Part shown: in pieces, positions 35,544 through 44,845 of the stretch
How positions within the stretch are numbered: the stretch's first letter is position 1
Layout: each line of letters starts with the position of its first letter
Assembly (NCBI GenBank): GCA_035708165.1
Contig: DASSSZ010000001.1
Location: 165,814-229,813 of the forward strand
DNA length: 64,000 nucleotides
Reading direction: 5' to 3'
From: Minisyncoccota bacterium
GTDB lineage: Bacteria > Patescibacteriota > Minisyncoccia > Phycocordibacterales > UBA2100
Position numbers and translations under genes: made by a program
The notes under the pieces: model-generated
Told to the model about the DNA's origin: nothing
What the model saw: only the letters and a program-made list of their open reading frames with translations
Databases searched by the model: none

Positions 35544-36515
35544 ATGGCACACACCGAACATCATCACCATCATCATACGCACCATGCGCTCGCGCGGCTC
35601 TCGCCCGAGCAGTGGGCGCTCATCGCGATCGGCATCCTTCTCATCGCCTCGATCGGCCTCGGCGGCTGGTACGCATACGCGATGACCGAGCGCGTGGACG
35701 CGCTCACGCGGCAGACCTCCGACCTCGCTGGGACCGTCGCATCCACCACCGCCGTGCTGCAGCAATCGATCGCGCAGACGAATGCGACGCTCGCCGGGCA
35801 GCTTGAGGAGACGCAGAGCCACATCGCCACCGTGCAGAGCCAGCTCGGCAGCGTCCAGGGCCAGGTCGGCTCGCTCGATTCGAGCGTCACGACGCTCAAC
35901 AAGCTCGAGACGACCGACCCGGAGCTCCTCGCGAAGTACTCGAAGGTCTACTTCCTCAATGAGAACTATCAGCCAGCGCGCCTGACGGAGCTGCCGAATC
36001 AGTACAAGTATATCGACGACCGCGATGTCCAGCTGGTCTCGCAGATCGTGCCGGACGTCGAGAAGATGATCAACGACGCGAAGGCGCAGGGCGTGACCCT
36101 CTATGTGGATTCCGCGTATCGCTCGTTCGCGAGCCAGAAGAACCTGAAGGATGCCTATTCCGTCACCTACGGCGCGGGCACGGCGAACTCGTTCTCAGCC
36201 GAGCAGGGCTACTCCGAGCACCAGCTCGGGACCGCGGTCGATTTCATGACGACCGGCATCGGCGGCCAGCTCGATACGGACCTATTCAAGGGCACCGCCG
36301 CATACCAGTGGCTCCTCAACAATGCGTACAAGTACGGCTTCGAGCTCTCGTATCCTGAAGGGAACGGGGACTACATCTTCGAGCCGTGGCACTGGCGCTT
36401 CGTCGGCATCAAGCTCGCGACGTACCTGCACGACAACAATCTCCGCTTCTACGACCTCGACCAGCGCACGATCGACGGCTACCTGGCGGACCTCTTCGAT
36501 AATCTGCCCAGCTAG
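35544..36515 (+). CDS. VanY-type D-Ala-D-Ala carboxypeptidase (M15B) with natural poly-His N-terminus and one TM
   Basis: MAHTEHHHHHHTHHA, TM, coiled-coil linker, then SAYRS..SEHQLGTAVD..EPWHWRF catalytic motifs. Confidence 0.8.
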   Translation: MAHTEHHHHHHTHHALARLSPEQWALIAIGILLIASIGLGGWYAYAMTERVDALTRQTSDLAGTVASTTAVLQQSIAQTNATLAGQLEETQSHIATVQSQLGSVQGQVGSLDSSVTTLNKLETTDPELLAKYSKVYFLNENYQPARLTELPNQYKYIDDRDVQLVSQIVPDVEKMINDAKAQGVTLYVDSAYRSFASQKNLKDAYSVTYGAGTANSFSAEQGYSEHQLGTAVDFMTTGIGGQLDTDLFKGTAAYQWLLNNAYKYGFELSYPEGNGDYIFEPWHWRFVGIKLATYLHDNNLRFYDLDQRTIDGYLADLFDNLPS

Positions 36516-36536
36516 CGCGGCGAGAAGCGCGAACGG

Positions 36537-36572
36537 GAAACCGCGATTCCGAGAACTCGGAATCGCGGTTTC
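36537..36572. terminator. Bidirectional terminator hairpin between convergent vanY-like gene and 36600..37289
   Basis: Perfect 17-bp stem GAAACCGCGATTCCGAG-aa-CTCGGAATCGCGGTTTC. Confidence 0.6.
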
Positions 36573-36599
36573 TCGCTTCCCCTCCCGGGCGCCTGGCGG

Positions 36600-37289
36600 C
36601 TAGTCGGTATCCGGAATCACGTTCACGATGAGCGTGAAGGGCGATGTGACCGACGGATCGAGGGGCGGGACGGTGATCGTGGCGGTCCCGGGAGAGACCG
36701 TCTCGAACGTGCGCACCCAGTCCCCCGGCTGCGCATCCGCCCCGAACGTCTCGCCCATGGCGCCGGACGGCACGATCGAAAGCGACGAGCTCGCGTACTG
36801 CGCGCTCGGGAGCTCGACCGTGATGCGGGAGGTCACCTTCACGGTGGTCGAGGAGCCGGAATCGTGCACGGTGAACCAGGTCTGCGCGGGCGCGGCGCTC
36901 GAGGGCCACAGGAGCTCCGCGATCGCAGTCGCGCCCGTCTGCGGGAGGTATGCCCGCCCCACGACTGCCCCGTGATCGTCGTACCCTTCGGCGTACACCT
37001 GCGCGTAGAGCTGCGGCTCGTCCGGGATCGGCAGCGCCCACGTCTGCGGGGTGCCGCCCTTCACGAGCGACGCGTCGCCGAGGTCCTGGTACTGATCCGG
37101 CGAGACGCCCGTGCCCGTCGGGATGGCGACGATCGCGACGCGCGCGAGGTCCGTGCCATGCACGACGAACGCCGACTGCGCGACTGAGAGATCGATGATG
37201 GCAGGCAGTCCGGCCGGCCGGTGCAGGAACCACCAGAGACCGGCGCCGAGCGCGAGCACGAGGACGATGAAGCCGTAGACGAATCGCAT
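36600..37289 (-). CDS. Hypothetical membrane-anchored secreted protein
   Basis: N-terminal TM (FIVLVLALGAGLWWFL) then a beta-rich extracytoplasmic region. No family recognised. Confidence 0.45.
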   Translation of the reverse strand: MRFVYGFIVLVLALGAGLWWFLHRPAGLPAIIDLSVAQSAFVVHGTDLARVAIVAIPTGTGVSPDQYQDLGDASLVKGGTPQTWALPIPDEPQLYAQVYAEGYDDHGAVVGRAYLPQTGATAIAELLWPSSAAPAQTWFTVHDSGSSTTVKVTSRITVELPSAQYASSSLSIVPSGAMGETFGADAQPGDWVRTFETVSPGTATITVPPLDPSVTSPFTLIVNVIPDTD

Positions 37290-37327
37290 GCGCCTATCCT
37301 ACCAGAGCGCGCACCTGCGCGCACATC

Positions 37328-37960
37328 TCATGCCGCCGCGCCGCCGCTCTCCCCGTTCTCGCCGTTCTCCTTCGCCAGCGCATCAACGCGCTCGTTCACG
37401 TAGCGCAGCAGGTTGAAGACGAGGAATACGGCCACGACCGCGAGCACGGTGATCGCGAAGCGGCCGAAGAGATCGGAGACGCGCAGGTAGAGATCGCCCA
37501 GGAAATAGCCCACCGCGACGATGATGCCGGACCAGATCGCCTCGCCGATGACATTGAAGAGCATGTACCTGCCGAACGGGATCCGCACCATGCCCGCCGT
37601 GAACAGGGTCACGATCGCGAGCCCGAACCCATTGGTGACCTTCGAGACGATGAGGATGCGGCCGTAGTGGGAATGGAAGATGCGCCGCGCGAACCTGATA
37701 TGCGCGTCCGTGAGCCCGAAGAAGCGGCCGAACCGCATGACGAACCGCTCGCCGTACCGCCGGCCGATCCACCACCACATCGCATCGCCGGCCACGGCCG
37801 TCAGCGAGACGGTCGCGTAGACCGCGATCGCGTCCATGAGCCCGAGGCGCGCCAGGATGCCGCCGGTGATGCCCACCGCCGGCTGCATGAAGAAGACGAG
37901 CGGCACCATCACGATATAGCGGTACTGCAGGAGCAGCGCCGCGACGGTTCCTAAAGGCAT
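37328..37960 (-). CDS. DedA/VTT-domain membrane protein
   Basis: Typical DedA blocks (..RFGRFFG..; ..RILIVSKVTNGFG..; GEAIWSGIIVAVGYFLG). Confidence 0.8.
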   Translation of the reverse strand: MPLGTVAALLLQYRYIVMVPLVFFMQPAVGITGGILARLGLMDAIAVYATVSLTAVAGDAMWWWIGRRYGERFVMRFGRFFGLTDAHIRFARRIFHSHYGRILIVSKVTNGFGLAIVTLFTAGMVRIPFGRYMLFNVIGEAIWSGIIVAVGYFLGDLYLRVSDLFGRFAITVLAVVAVFLVFNLLRYVNERVDALAKENGENGESGGAAA

Positions 37961-38043
37961 ACCGGCAAGTATACGCTAGGCCAGCTAGCGGGGCGACGCG
38001 GCTATGCACACGACACGGCAGGCATTTTGACTATACTGGACGC

Positions 38044-39738
38044 ATGACTGATCTCTCTGATTTGCGCGACGACCTCGCCGGCGCGCTCGATGGCGACGTG
38101 ACGGATGACCCTGCCGTGCGGAAGGAATACAGCCGGGATACCTCGCTGTTCGAGGAGACCCCGGGACTCGTCGTCTTCCCTAAGAACGCGCAGGATGTCT
38201 CGCGCGCGGTGCGGCTCGTCGCCGACGCGAAGCGCGACGGGCTCGATATCTCGATCGCGGGGCGCTCCGCGGGCACCGACATGACCGGCGGCCCGCTCAC
38301 GTCCGGCGTCTCGCTCGTCTTCACGAAATACATGAACCGCTTCCTCGGCTGCGACGGGACGGTCGCTTCGACCGAGCCAGGCGTCTACTACCGCGATTTC
38401 GAGAAGGAGACGCTCAAGAAAGGCGTCATCCTCCCCTCTTATCCGGCAAGCCGCGAATTGTGCGCCATGGGCGGCATCGTCTCCAATAATTCAGGCGGCG
38501 AGAAGACTCTCCGCTACGGCAAGACCAACCGCTATATCGAATCGCTCGATGTCGTGCTCGCTGACGGCTCGATCATCACGACAGAGCCGCTGGATGGCGA
38601 CGGGCTCGCGCAGAAGGAAGCGCTCGAGACGTTCGAGGGCGAGATCTACCGCAAGCTCCACGCGCTGATCGAGGGCAATCGCGACGCGATCGAGGCCGCG
38701 CGCCCGCGCGTCTCGAAGAACTCGGCCGGCTACTACCTCTGGAACGTCATGGATCCGCCGGCGAAGCAGCGCGACCCATCGGTCGTCTTCGATCTCGGCC
38801 AGCTCATCTGCGGCAGCCAGGGCACGCTCGGGCTCGTCACGAAGGAGACGCTCACTATGGTGCACACGAAGGAGAAGCACGCGATGCTCGTCATCTTCCT
38901 GCGCGATATCGGGAAGCTCCCGGAGATCGTGAAGCGCGTCCTGCGGTACGAGCCGGAATCGTTCGAATCGTATGACGATAAGACCTTCAATCTCGCGGTG
39001 CGGTTCTTCCCGCAGATCGTGCAGCAGATCGGCATCTCGCGGCTCCTCTCGCTCGGCATCTCGTTCCTGCCGGAAGCCGGCATGGTGCTCCGAGGCGGGC
39101 TGCCGACGCTCGTCCTCATGGCGGACTTCGCCGAGGACACGCAGGAGGAAGCGGATCGCAAGGCGCGCGAGGCGCACCAGGCGCTCGCAGGGCTGCCCGT
39201 CACGGCGCGCACCGCCGGCCCGGGCATCCAGAGCGAGAAGTACTGGATCATCAGGCGCGAGAGCTTCTCGCTCCTGCGCAAGAACGCGCACGGCCTCTAC
39301 GCCGCCCCGTTCATAGACGACCTCATCATCCCGCCGGACCAGTACCCCGTCTTCCTGCCGAAGCTGACCGCGCTCCTGTCCGAGTACGACCTGCTCTACA
39401 CCATCGCCGGGCACATCGGCGACGGCAATTTCCATATCATCCCGCTCGTTGACCTCGGCAAGCCCGAGACCCGGAAGACCATCGAGGAGCTCACGCCGCG
39501 TGTCTACAAGCTCGTGCTCGCGCACGGCGGCTCGATCACTGCCGAGCATAACGATGGCATCATCCGCACGCCCTACCTGCCGCTGCAGTACGGCGAGACG
39601 GTGATGAACCTCTTCGCCGAGGTGAAGCGGATCATGGATCCGCTGGGGATCCTCAACCCGGGCAAGAAAGTCGGCGGCACCGTCGCCGATATCGACGCGC
39701 GCATGGTCCGCGCGACCCCGAAGGCGAAAACGAGCTAA
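38044..39738 (+). CDS. FAD-linked oxidase (GlcD / D-lactate dehydrogenase-like, FAD_binding_4 + FAD-oxidase C-terminal)
   Basis: 564 aa. N-terminal FAD-binding PCMH domain pattern (GRSAGTDMTGG..; GGIVSNNSGGEKTLRYG). Confidence 0.65.
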   Translation: MTDLSDLRDDLAGALDGDVTDDPAVRKEYSRDTSLFEETPGLVVFPKNAQDVSRAVRLVADAKRDGLDISIAGRSAGTDMTGGPLTSGVSLVFTKYMNRFLGCDGTVASTEPGVYYRDFEKETLKKGVILPSYPASRELCAMGGIVSNNSGGEKTLRYGKTNRYIESLDVVLADGSIITTEPLDGDGLAQKEALETFEGEIYRKLHALIEGNRDAIEAARPRVSKNSAGYYLWNVMDPPAKQRDPSVVFDLGQLICGSQGTLGLVTKETLTMVHTKEKHAMLVIFLRDIGKLPEIVKRVLRYEPESFESYDDKTFNLAVRFFPQIVQQIGISRLLSLGISFLPEAGMVLRGGLPTLVLMADFAEDTQEEADRKAREAHQALAGLPVTARTAGPGIQSEKYWIIRRESFSLLRKNAHGLYAAPFIDDLIIPPDQYPVFLPKLTALLSEYDLLYTIAGHIGDGNFHIIPLVDLGKPETRKTIEELTPRVYKLVLAHGGSITAEHNDGIIRTPYLPLQYGETVMNLFAEVKRIMDPLGILNPGKKVGGTVADIDARMVRATPKAKTS

Positions 39739-39823
39739 GGCGTGCCGCGTGCACGGCGTGCGTGCAGTTGTCCACTTGCTTTACTTTGTACAGCGGATAC
39801 GATGAGAACGTACTGAGCTAATC

Positions 39824-40432
39824 GTGCGCACCTATATGGAATCATCGAGCGTCCTCCTTATCAGCGGCAGCAACCGGACCGGGTCGTTCACGACGGCGAT
39901 CGCGCATGCCCTCGATGCGCTCGTGCCGGACGGTCTCACCCTGGTGCATGCCGATATCAGCGACCTCCCGCTTTTCGATCAGGATCTCGAGGCGGATCCG
40001 CCGGCGGCCGTCACGCGCCTCAAGGAAGCGATCCGCGCCGCGGACGGGATCATCATCGCGACGCCCGAGCATAACCGCTCGATCCCCGCGCTCCTCAAGA
40101 ACGCGCTCGACTGGGCATCGCGCCCGTACGGCGACAATGCCTGGAGCGGCAAGGTGATGCTCCCGATCGGGGTCACGACCGGCCGGATCGGCGCGGCGCT
40201 CGCAGTGGCGCACCTGCGCCAGATCGGGCTCTACCTCGGCATGCGCGTGCTCGGCCAGCCCGAGCTCTACCTCGCCGGCGTGCGGGAGCTCATCGCGGAG
40301 GACGGCTCGATCGCCGACTCGAGCACGCGCGAGCTGCTCGCAGGCGCCCTCGCGTCGTTCGGCGGGACCATCCGGGAGGCGCGTGCCGCAGCGCATGAAA
40401 CGGGCGGCCATGCGGCCGCCGCGCTCAGGTAG
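39824..40432 (+). CDS. NAD(P)H-dependent FMN reductase family protein
   Basis: LLISGSNRTGSFT..IIIATPEHNRSIPALLKNALDWAS is a flavodoxin-like FMN_red signature. Confidence 0.7.
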   Translation: MRTYMESSSVLLISGSNRTGSFTTAIAHALDALVPDGLTLVHADISDLPLFDQDLEADPPAAVTRLKEAIRAADGIIIATPEHNRSIPALLKNALDWASRPYGDNAWSGKVMLPIGVTTGRIGAALAVAHLRQIGLYLGMRVLGQPELYLAGVRELIAEDGSIADSSTRELLAGALASFGGTIREARAAAHETGGHAAAALR

Positions 40433-40443
40433 CGAGCAGGCTC

Positions 40444-40974
40444 TTACGCCCGGTCGTGGGCAGGGCACTTGCAGCCGTGCGGCTTGATGAACTCATCGAA
40501 GTACTCCTCGCCGTAGTCCACGAGGAGCTCTTCGCCTGGCTCGATCGCGCGCGCGGCGTAGTAGAAGATGTGCCTGCCGTCCACTTCGGCTTCGACATTC
40601 GTCGCGGGATTGCAGCCATGGTTCACGTACCGCGCGATGTTGCTCTTCGGCGAGCCGTCGATCGTCCAATCCTCATCGATCTCGAAGAGGTACTTCGTGC
40701 CGAGCGTGTCCGCCTTCCTGGTCGGGATGATCTTGCCCGTATACTCGATGATCATCTCGCCTTTCTTGAAGTAGTCGGTCGCGAAGAGCCCGAGCCCCAT
40801 CCCGGGCCGCGAGCGCTTCACGACAAGGCGCGCCGCGGGCTCTCCGCCGCGTGTCTTGCGCATCGGCTGCGCCGGCGCGCGCTTCGCCTTTGCGCGCTTC
40901 GGCTCCGCCGGCGCTGCGTCGCCCTTCCCCTTCCCCTTCCTAGTCCCTTTCGGTGCTGTAGTCCTCGGTGTCAT
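40444..40974 (-). CDS. SET-domain protein-lysine methyltransferase with Lys/Arg/Ala/Pro-rich N-terminal tail (176 aa; start MTPRTTAPKG)
   Basis: GMGLGLFA (GxG), YVNHGCNPATN (NHxCxPN), ELLVDYGEEYFD (ELxxDY), C-terminal HGCKCPAHD. The N-terminus is KGTRKGKGKGDAAPAEPKRAKAKRAPAQP. The upstream 525 codons of the 701-aa track ORF are antisense to real plus-strand genes. Confidence 0.75.
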   Translation of the reverse strand: MTPRTTAPKGTRKGKGKGDAAPAEPKRAKAKRAPAQPMRKTRGGEPAARLVVKRSRPGMGLGLFATDYFKKGEMIIEYTGKIIPTRKADTLGTKYLFEIDEDWTIDGSPKSNIARYVNHGCNPATNVEAEVDGRHIFYYAARAIEPGEELLVDYGEEYFDEFIKPHGCKCPAHDRA

Positions 40975-41058
40975 ACGCGCGCAGTATAGCAGACGCGCTT
41001 CCTGCGCACGCCTGTGGGCAACTCTGCGCCTTCCACGGTATACTGAAGCCGTCATCCC

Positions 41059-41244
41059 ATGCCGCTCCTCACTGCCATCATCATCGCGATCGCCGGCATA
41101 TACGCCCTCTACGGCGTCGTGCTCGCCTACCACTGGTTCCGCTTCAGCACGAGCACCGGGATCGCGGTCGCGAGCGCAGCGATCTACTACGCTGCCGGTC
41201 TCGCGCTCTCGCTCATGGCGCTCGCCGCCGCGGCCCTGCTCTAG
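41059..41244 (+). CDS. Small two-TM membrane protein (YdbS-like partner of the downstream PH-domain protein)
   Basis: 61 aa, two hydrophobic helices. Its stop lies 3 nt before the start of the next gene. Confidence 0.45.
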   Translation: MPLLTAIIIAIAGIYALYGVVLAYHWFRFSTSTGIAVASAAIYYAAGLALSLMALAAAALL

Positions 41245-41247
41245 CCT

Positions 41248-41784
41248 ATGCTGATCCCCGAACTCCGCTCCCACCCTGACGAACGCGTCCTCCTCGAGGT
41301 CCGCAAGCACTGGTTCGTCTTCCTTGTCGCTGCGGGCACCTCGTTCGCGCTCATCCTCCTGCCCTTCGTCGCCGCGATCCTGCTCTCCGCGTTCGGCCCT
41401 TCGGCGATCGCGCTCTTCGGCACGCCGTACTGGACGATCTTCGCCGCGCTCTGGCTCCTGCTCACCTTCATGCATCTCGCGACGGTCTGGACAGAGTACG
41501 TCCTCGATTCGATCATCGTCACCGAGAAGCGCGTCATCTTCATCGAGCAGAAGGCGCTCTTCAGCCGCGAGGTCGTCTCGCTGCGCCTCGAGCTGGTGCA
41601 GGACGTGACGGTGGATACCGAAGGCATCTTCGCCACGCTGCTCACGTACGGGACCGTGCACGCCGAGACGGCCGGCGCCGAGGCGAACCTCGCCGTGATG
41701 CACGGGATCCCGGACCCGGGGCACGTGAAGGATGTCATCCTGCAGCAGTCGGCTGTCTGCATCCGCGAGCGCGGCGGGCGCTAG
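41248..41784 (+). CDS. Bacterial PH-domain (bPH_2/YdbT-like) membrane protein
   Basis: Two N-terminal TM helices then a PH-like beta-sandwich (YVLDSIIVTEKRVIFIEQKALFSREVVSLRLELVQDV). Confidence 0.55.
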   Translation: MLIPELRSHPDERVLLEVRKHWFVFLVAAGTSFALILLPFVAAILLSAFGPSAIALFGTPYWTIFAALWLLLTFMHLATVWTEYVLDSIIVTEKRVIFIEQKALFSREVVSLRLELVQDVTVDTEGIFATLLTYGTVHAETAGAEANLAVMHGIPDPGHVKDVILQQSAVCIRERGGR

Positions 41785-41817
41785 CAATTCCGCACGGAAC
41801 CGGGTAGCATTACGGCA

Positions 41818-43080
41818 ATGGCGAAAGACGGCCTCTCCACCGACCCCTACAAAGGCGTCCGTGATTTCTACCCGCAGGACCAGTTCGTCCAGCGGTTCCT
41901 GTTCGAGGCCATGGCGCGCGCGTGCGAGTCGTTCGGCTACGAGGAGTATGCCGCGTCGATCCTCGAGCCGGCCGACCTCTACCGTGCGAAGGGCGCCGCG
42001 AACGAGGAGATCGCGAACGAGCAGACGTACACCTTCACCGACCGCGGCGACCGGCTGGTGACCCTGCGGCCTGAGATGACCCCGACTGCCGCGCGCATGG
42101 TGGCAGCGAAGCGGCGCGAGCTCGCGTTCCCGCTGCGCTGGTACTCGATCCCGAACGTCTTCCGGTACGAGCGCCCGCAGAAAGGCCGCCTGCGCGAGCA
42201 CTGGCAGCTCAATGCCGACCTCTTCGGCGTCGCGGGTATCGAGGCGGAAGCGGAAGCGATCGCGCTCGCGCACCGGGTAATGCTCGAGCTCGGCGCTTCG
42301 GAGCACGATTTCGAGATCCGCGTGAACGATCGCGCCCTCATCGAAGCGGGCCTCGCCGAAGCAGGCGTCGGGCCAGAGGAAGCGCACGCGGCGATGGCGC
42401 TCCTCGATAAGCGGGCGAAGCTCGCGGATTTCGACGAGAAGCTCGCGGTCCTGCTCGGCAGCGACCGTGCGAGCGCGCTCGCAGGCTATTTCGAGCGCGT
42501 GACCAGCACGACGCGGCTCGAGCAGCTCCAGGAGCTGCTGCTCGCGCAAGGCGTGCGCACGATGGTCATCGATACCGCCATCACCCGCGGCTTCGACTAC
42601 TACACCGGGATCGTCTTCGAGGTCTTCGATGCCGACCCGAGCAACGCGCGTTCCCTCTTCGGCGGCGGCCGCTATGACCGGCTCCTGGAGCTATTCGGCG
42701 AAGACCCCATCCCGGCGGTCGGCTTCGGCATGGGCGACGTGACGGCGCGCGACTTCCTCGAGAGCCATGAGCTGCTGCCCTCGTACGTCCCTGCGACCGA
42801 GCTCTCCTTGTGCGTGCTTGACCCGGAAGCGATGACCCACGCGATCCAGCTCGCCTCCGCCCTGCGCAGCCAGGACGTGACGGTGGCGATCAACTACTCG
42901 TGCAAGAAGCCGGCGGATCAGCTGAAGGCTGCCGACAAGCTCGGCATCCCGTTCGCCATCTTCGTCGGCGCACGCGAGGTGGAGAGCGGGCAGTACTCGA
43001 TCCGCCAGCTCGCGACCGGACGGGAGACCATCCTGCCGGCCAATCGCATCGCCGACCACCTCTTCTCCTCGGCCGGCTGA
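41818..43080 (+). CDS. hisS: Histidyl-tRNA synthetase
   Basis: GVRDFYP, LRPEMTP, FRYERPQKGRLREHWQ class II motifs, and a C-terminal anticodon-binding domain. Confidence 0.9.
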   Translation: MAKDGLSTDPYKGVRDFYPQDQFVQRFLFEAMARACESFGYEEYAASILEPADLYRAKGAANEEIANEQTYTFTDRGDRLVTLRPEMTPTAARMVAAKRRELAFPLRWYSIPNVFRYERPQKGRLREHWQLNADLFGVAGIEAEAEAIALAHRVMLELGASEHDFEIRVNDRALIEAGLAEAGVGPEEAHAAMALLDKRAKLADFDEKLAVLLGSDRASALAGYFERVTSTTRLEQLQELLLAQGVRTMVIDTAITRGFDYYTGIVFEVFDADPSNARSLFGGGRYDRLLELFGEDPIPAVGFGMGDVTARDFLESHELLPSYVPATELSLCVLDPEAMTHAIQLASALRSQDVTVAINYSCKKPADQLKAADKLGIPFAIFVGAREVESGQYSIRQLATGRETILPANRIADHLFSSAG

Positions 43081-43173
43081 GATCGCGCTCCGGAAGCCCG
43101 GGCAGCGATAGCTCTCTCTCGTGCATGGCCTATCCACGTTGCCGCCCCGCGCGCGCCGTGCGACTATGTCCCA

Positions 43174-43761
43174 ATGCCAGGACCCCGCATCATCACGTTC
43201 GATATCGAGACGCGCAATCAATTCTCCGATGTCGGATCATCCGACCCCGCTGCGCTCGATATCTCGCTCGTCGGCGTGCACGACTCGGGGACCGGCGAGT
43301 ACACGAGCTACCTGCTTGAGGAGCTGCCGCTCCTCTGGAAGCTGATCGAGGAGACCGATATCCTCGTCGGATACAATTCCGATCATTTCGATATCCCGCT
43401 GCTCAATAAGTACTATCCGGGCGACCTCACGAGGATCAAGAGCATCGATATCATGAAAGAGATCCAGGCCGTGCTCGGCCGCCGCTTGCGGCTCGATGCC
43501 GTGGCGGAAGGGACGCTCGGCGCCAATAAGAGCGGCAACGGCCTTGAGGCGCTGAAATGGTGGAAGGACGGCGAGATCGAGAAGATCCGCACCTACTGCC
43601 TCAAGGACGTGGAGCTGACGCGCAAGCTCTTCGATTACGCGATGGCGAATGGCAAGCTGAAGTACAAGGAGCTCGGCAAGACGAAAGAGGTCGCGCTCGA
43701 TACCTCGCGCTGGCTCGCCGTAACGGAGACCGGCGCGCTCACGCAGACCCTCGGATTCTAG
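43174..43761 (+). CDS. DEDD-type 3'-5' exonuclease (RNase H-like fold)
   Basis: ITFDIETRN..(D,E), YNSDHFDIPLL, and C-terminal Y..D block. Confidence 0.6.
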   Translation: MPGPRIITFDIETRNQFSDVGSSDPAALDISLVGVHDSGTGEYTSYLLEELPLLWKLIEETDILVGYNSDHFDIPLLNKYYPGDLTRIKSIDIMKEIQAVLGRRLRLDAVAEGTLGANKSGNGLEALKWWKDGEIEKIRTYCLKDVELTRKLFDYAMANGKLKYKELGKTKEVALDTSRWLAVTETGALTQTLGF

Positions 43762-43776
43762 CCCGCCTTCTTCGGG

Positions 43777-44748
43777 CTACTTCAGGTACGTCTCGATGTT
43801 CGCCTCTTGCGCGGCGTACGTATCCGCGCAGTGGATCTGCCCCGCGCTGTCGTGCAGGTAGTAGAGGCAGGTCGTCGTCGTGGGATCGAGCACGGCCTTG
43901 ATGGCATCGCTGCCCGGCTCGTCTATCGGCGTGGGCGGCAGGCCCGCATGCGCGTAGGTGTTGTAGGGAGAATCGAGCGACTTCATCGCCGGCGTGGCAG
44001 CCGGCCACCACTTCCCCGCCGTTCCCGCCGCGTACTGCAGCATCGCATCGATCTGCAGCGGCATGCCGGCCTCGAGCCGGTTCCAGATGATGCCGGCGAT
44101 GAGCGGCATGTCGCTCGTCCCGGCCGCCTCGCGCTGCACCAGGGAGGCGATCTTCAGCACCGTAGTCCACTTGATATCCTGCGCGAGCGCTTCCTTCGCG
44201 AACGGCGCGAACTCCTCCTCGAAATGCGCGCGCATCCGCGCAGCCGCTTCGTCCGGCGAAGCACCCTTCGGCATCAGGTAGGTATCAGGGAAATAGACGC
44301 CTTCGGCGTAGTCCGTCCCGGGCTCCGTGGATGATGCATCCCACGTCGCGATCTCCTGCGGCGACCAGCCGAGCGCGGCGGCGAGCCGCTCCCCTACCTC
44401 TTCTTTCCGCAGCCCTTCGGGGATCGTGACCCAGACCTGGTCGGGGCCCTGCGCGATCGCATGCGCGATCCCGAACGCATCCAGATCCTTCGGCAGGCGG
44501 TAGCCGCCCGGCGCGATCGAGCGCGCGCCGAGCGCCACTCGGAAGCCCCACGCATTGCGGATGAAGCCGCCAGCCAGGAGCGCCTCGACGGCTGCCCCGG
44601 TGCTCTCGCCGCGCGGCACGGTGAACTGCGCTTCGTTCGCGTCGCTCCCTGGCGCGCTCATGAGCGTGCCGTACGCGAGGATCGCGCCGATCGCGATCAC
44701 GAGCGCCAGGATGATTGCTGCCGCGATGCCGATCCGTCTCATGCTCAT
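43777..44748 (-). CDS. mltG: Endolytic murein transglycosylase MltG (YceG-like); start at MSMRRIGIAAAI
   Basis: N-terminal TM, then YceG-domain blocks (ASLVQREAAGTSDMPLIAGIIWNRL..LQIDAMLQYA). Confidence 0.7.
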   Translation of the reverse strand: MSMRRIGIAAAIILALVIAIGAILAYGTLMSAPGSDANEAQFTVPRGESTGAAVEALLAGGFIRNAWGFRVALGARSIAPGGYRLPKDLDAFGIAHAIAQGPDQVWVTIPEGLRKEEVGERLAAALGWSPQEIATWDASSTEPGTDYAEGVYFPDTYLMPKGASPDEAAARMRAHFEEEFAPFAKEALAQDIKWTTVLKIASLVQREAAGTSDMPLIAGIIWNRLEAGMPLQIDAMLQYAAGTAGKWWPAATPAMKSLDSPYNTYAHAGLPPTPIDEPGSDAIKAVLDPTTTTCLYYLHDSAGQIHCADTYAAQEANIETYLK

Positions 44749-44845
44749 GAGGGATAGTATACCGGGTAAAAGCCCCGCAGCACGCATCCGGCGTGCTGCG
44801 GGGCTTCTCTCATATTCCAGTTCCGTGCATCCGCCGCAGGTGCGT

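Noticed and set aside
40975-42549. N-terminal 525 codons of the 701-aa minus ORF containing the SET domain
   Set aside because: This stretch overlaps, on the opposite strand, the PH-domain gene and the start of hisS, both with strong motifs. The SET protein has a sensible start at MTPRTTAPKG (40974). The upstream extension is Arg-rich with no motifs.
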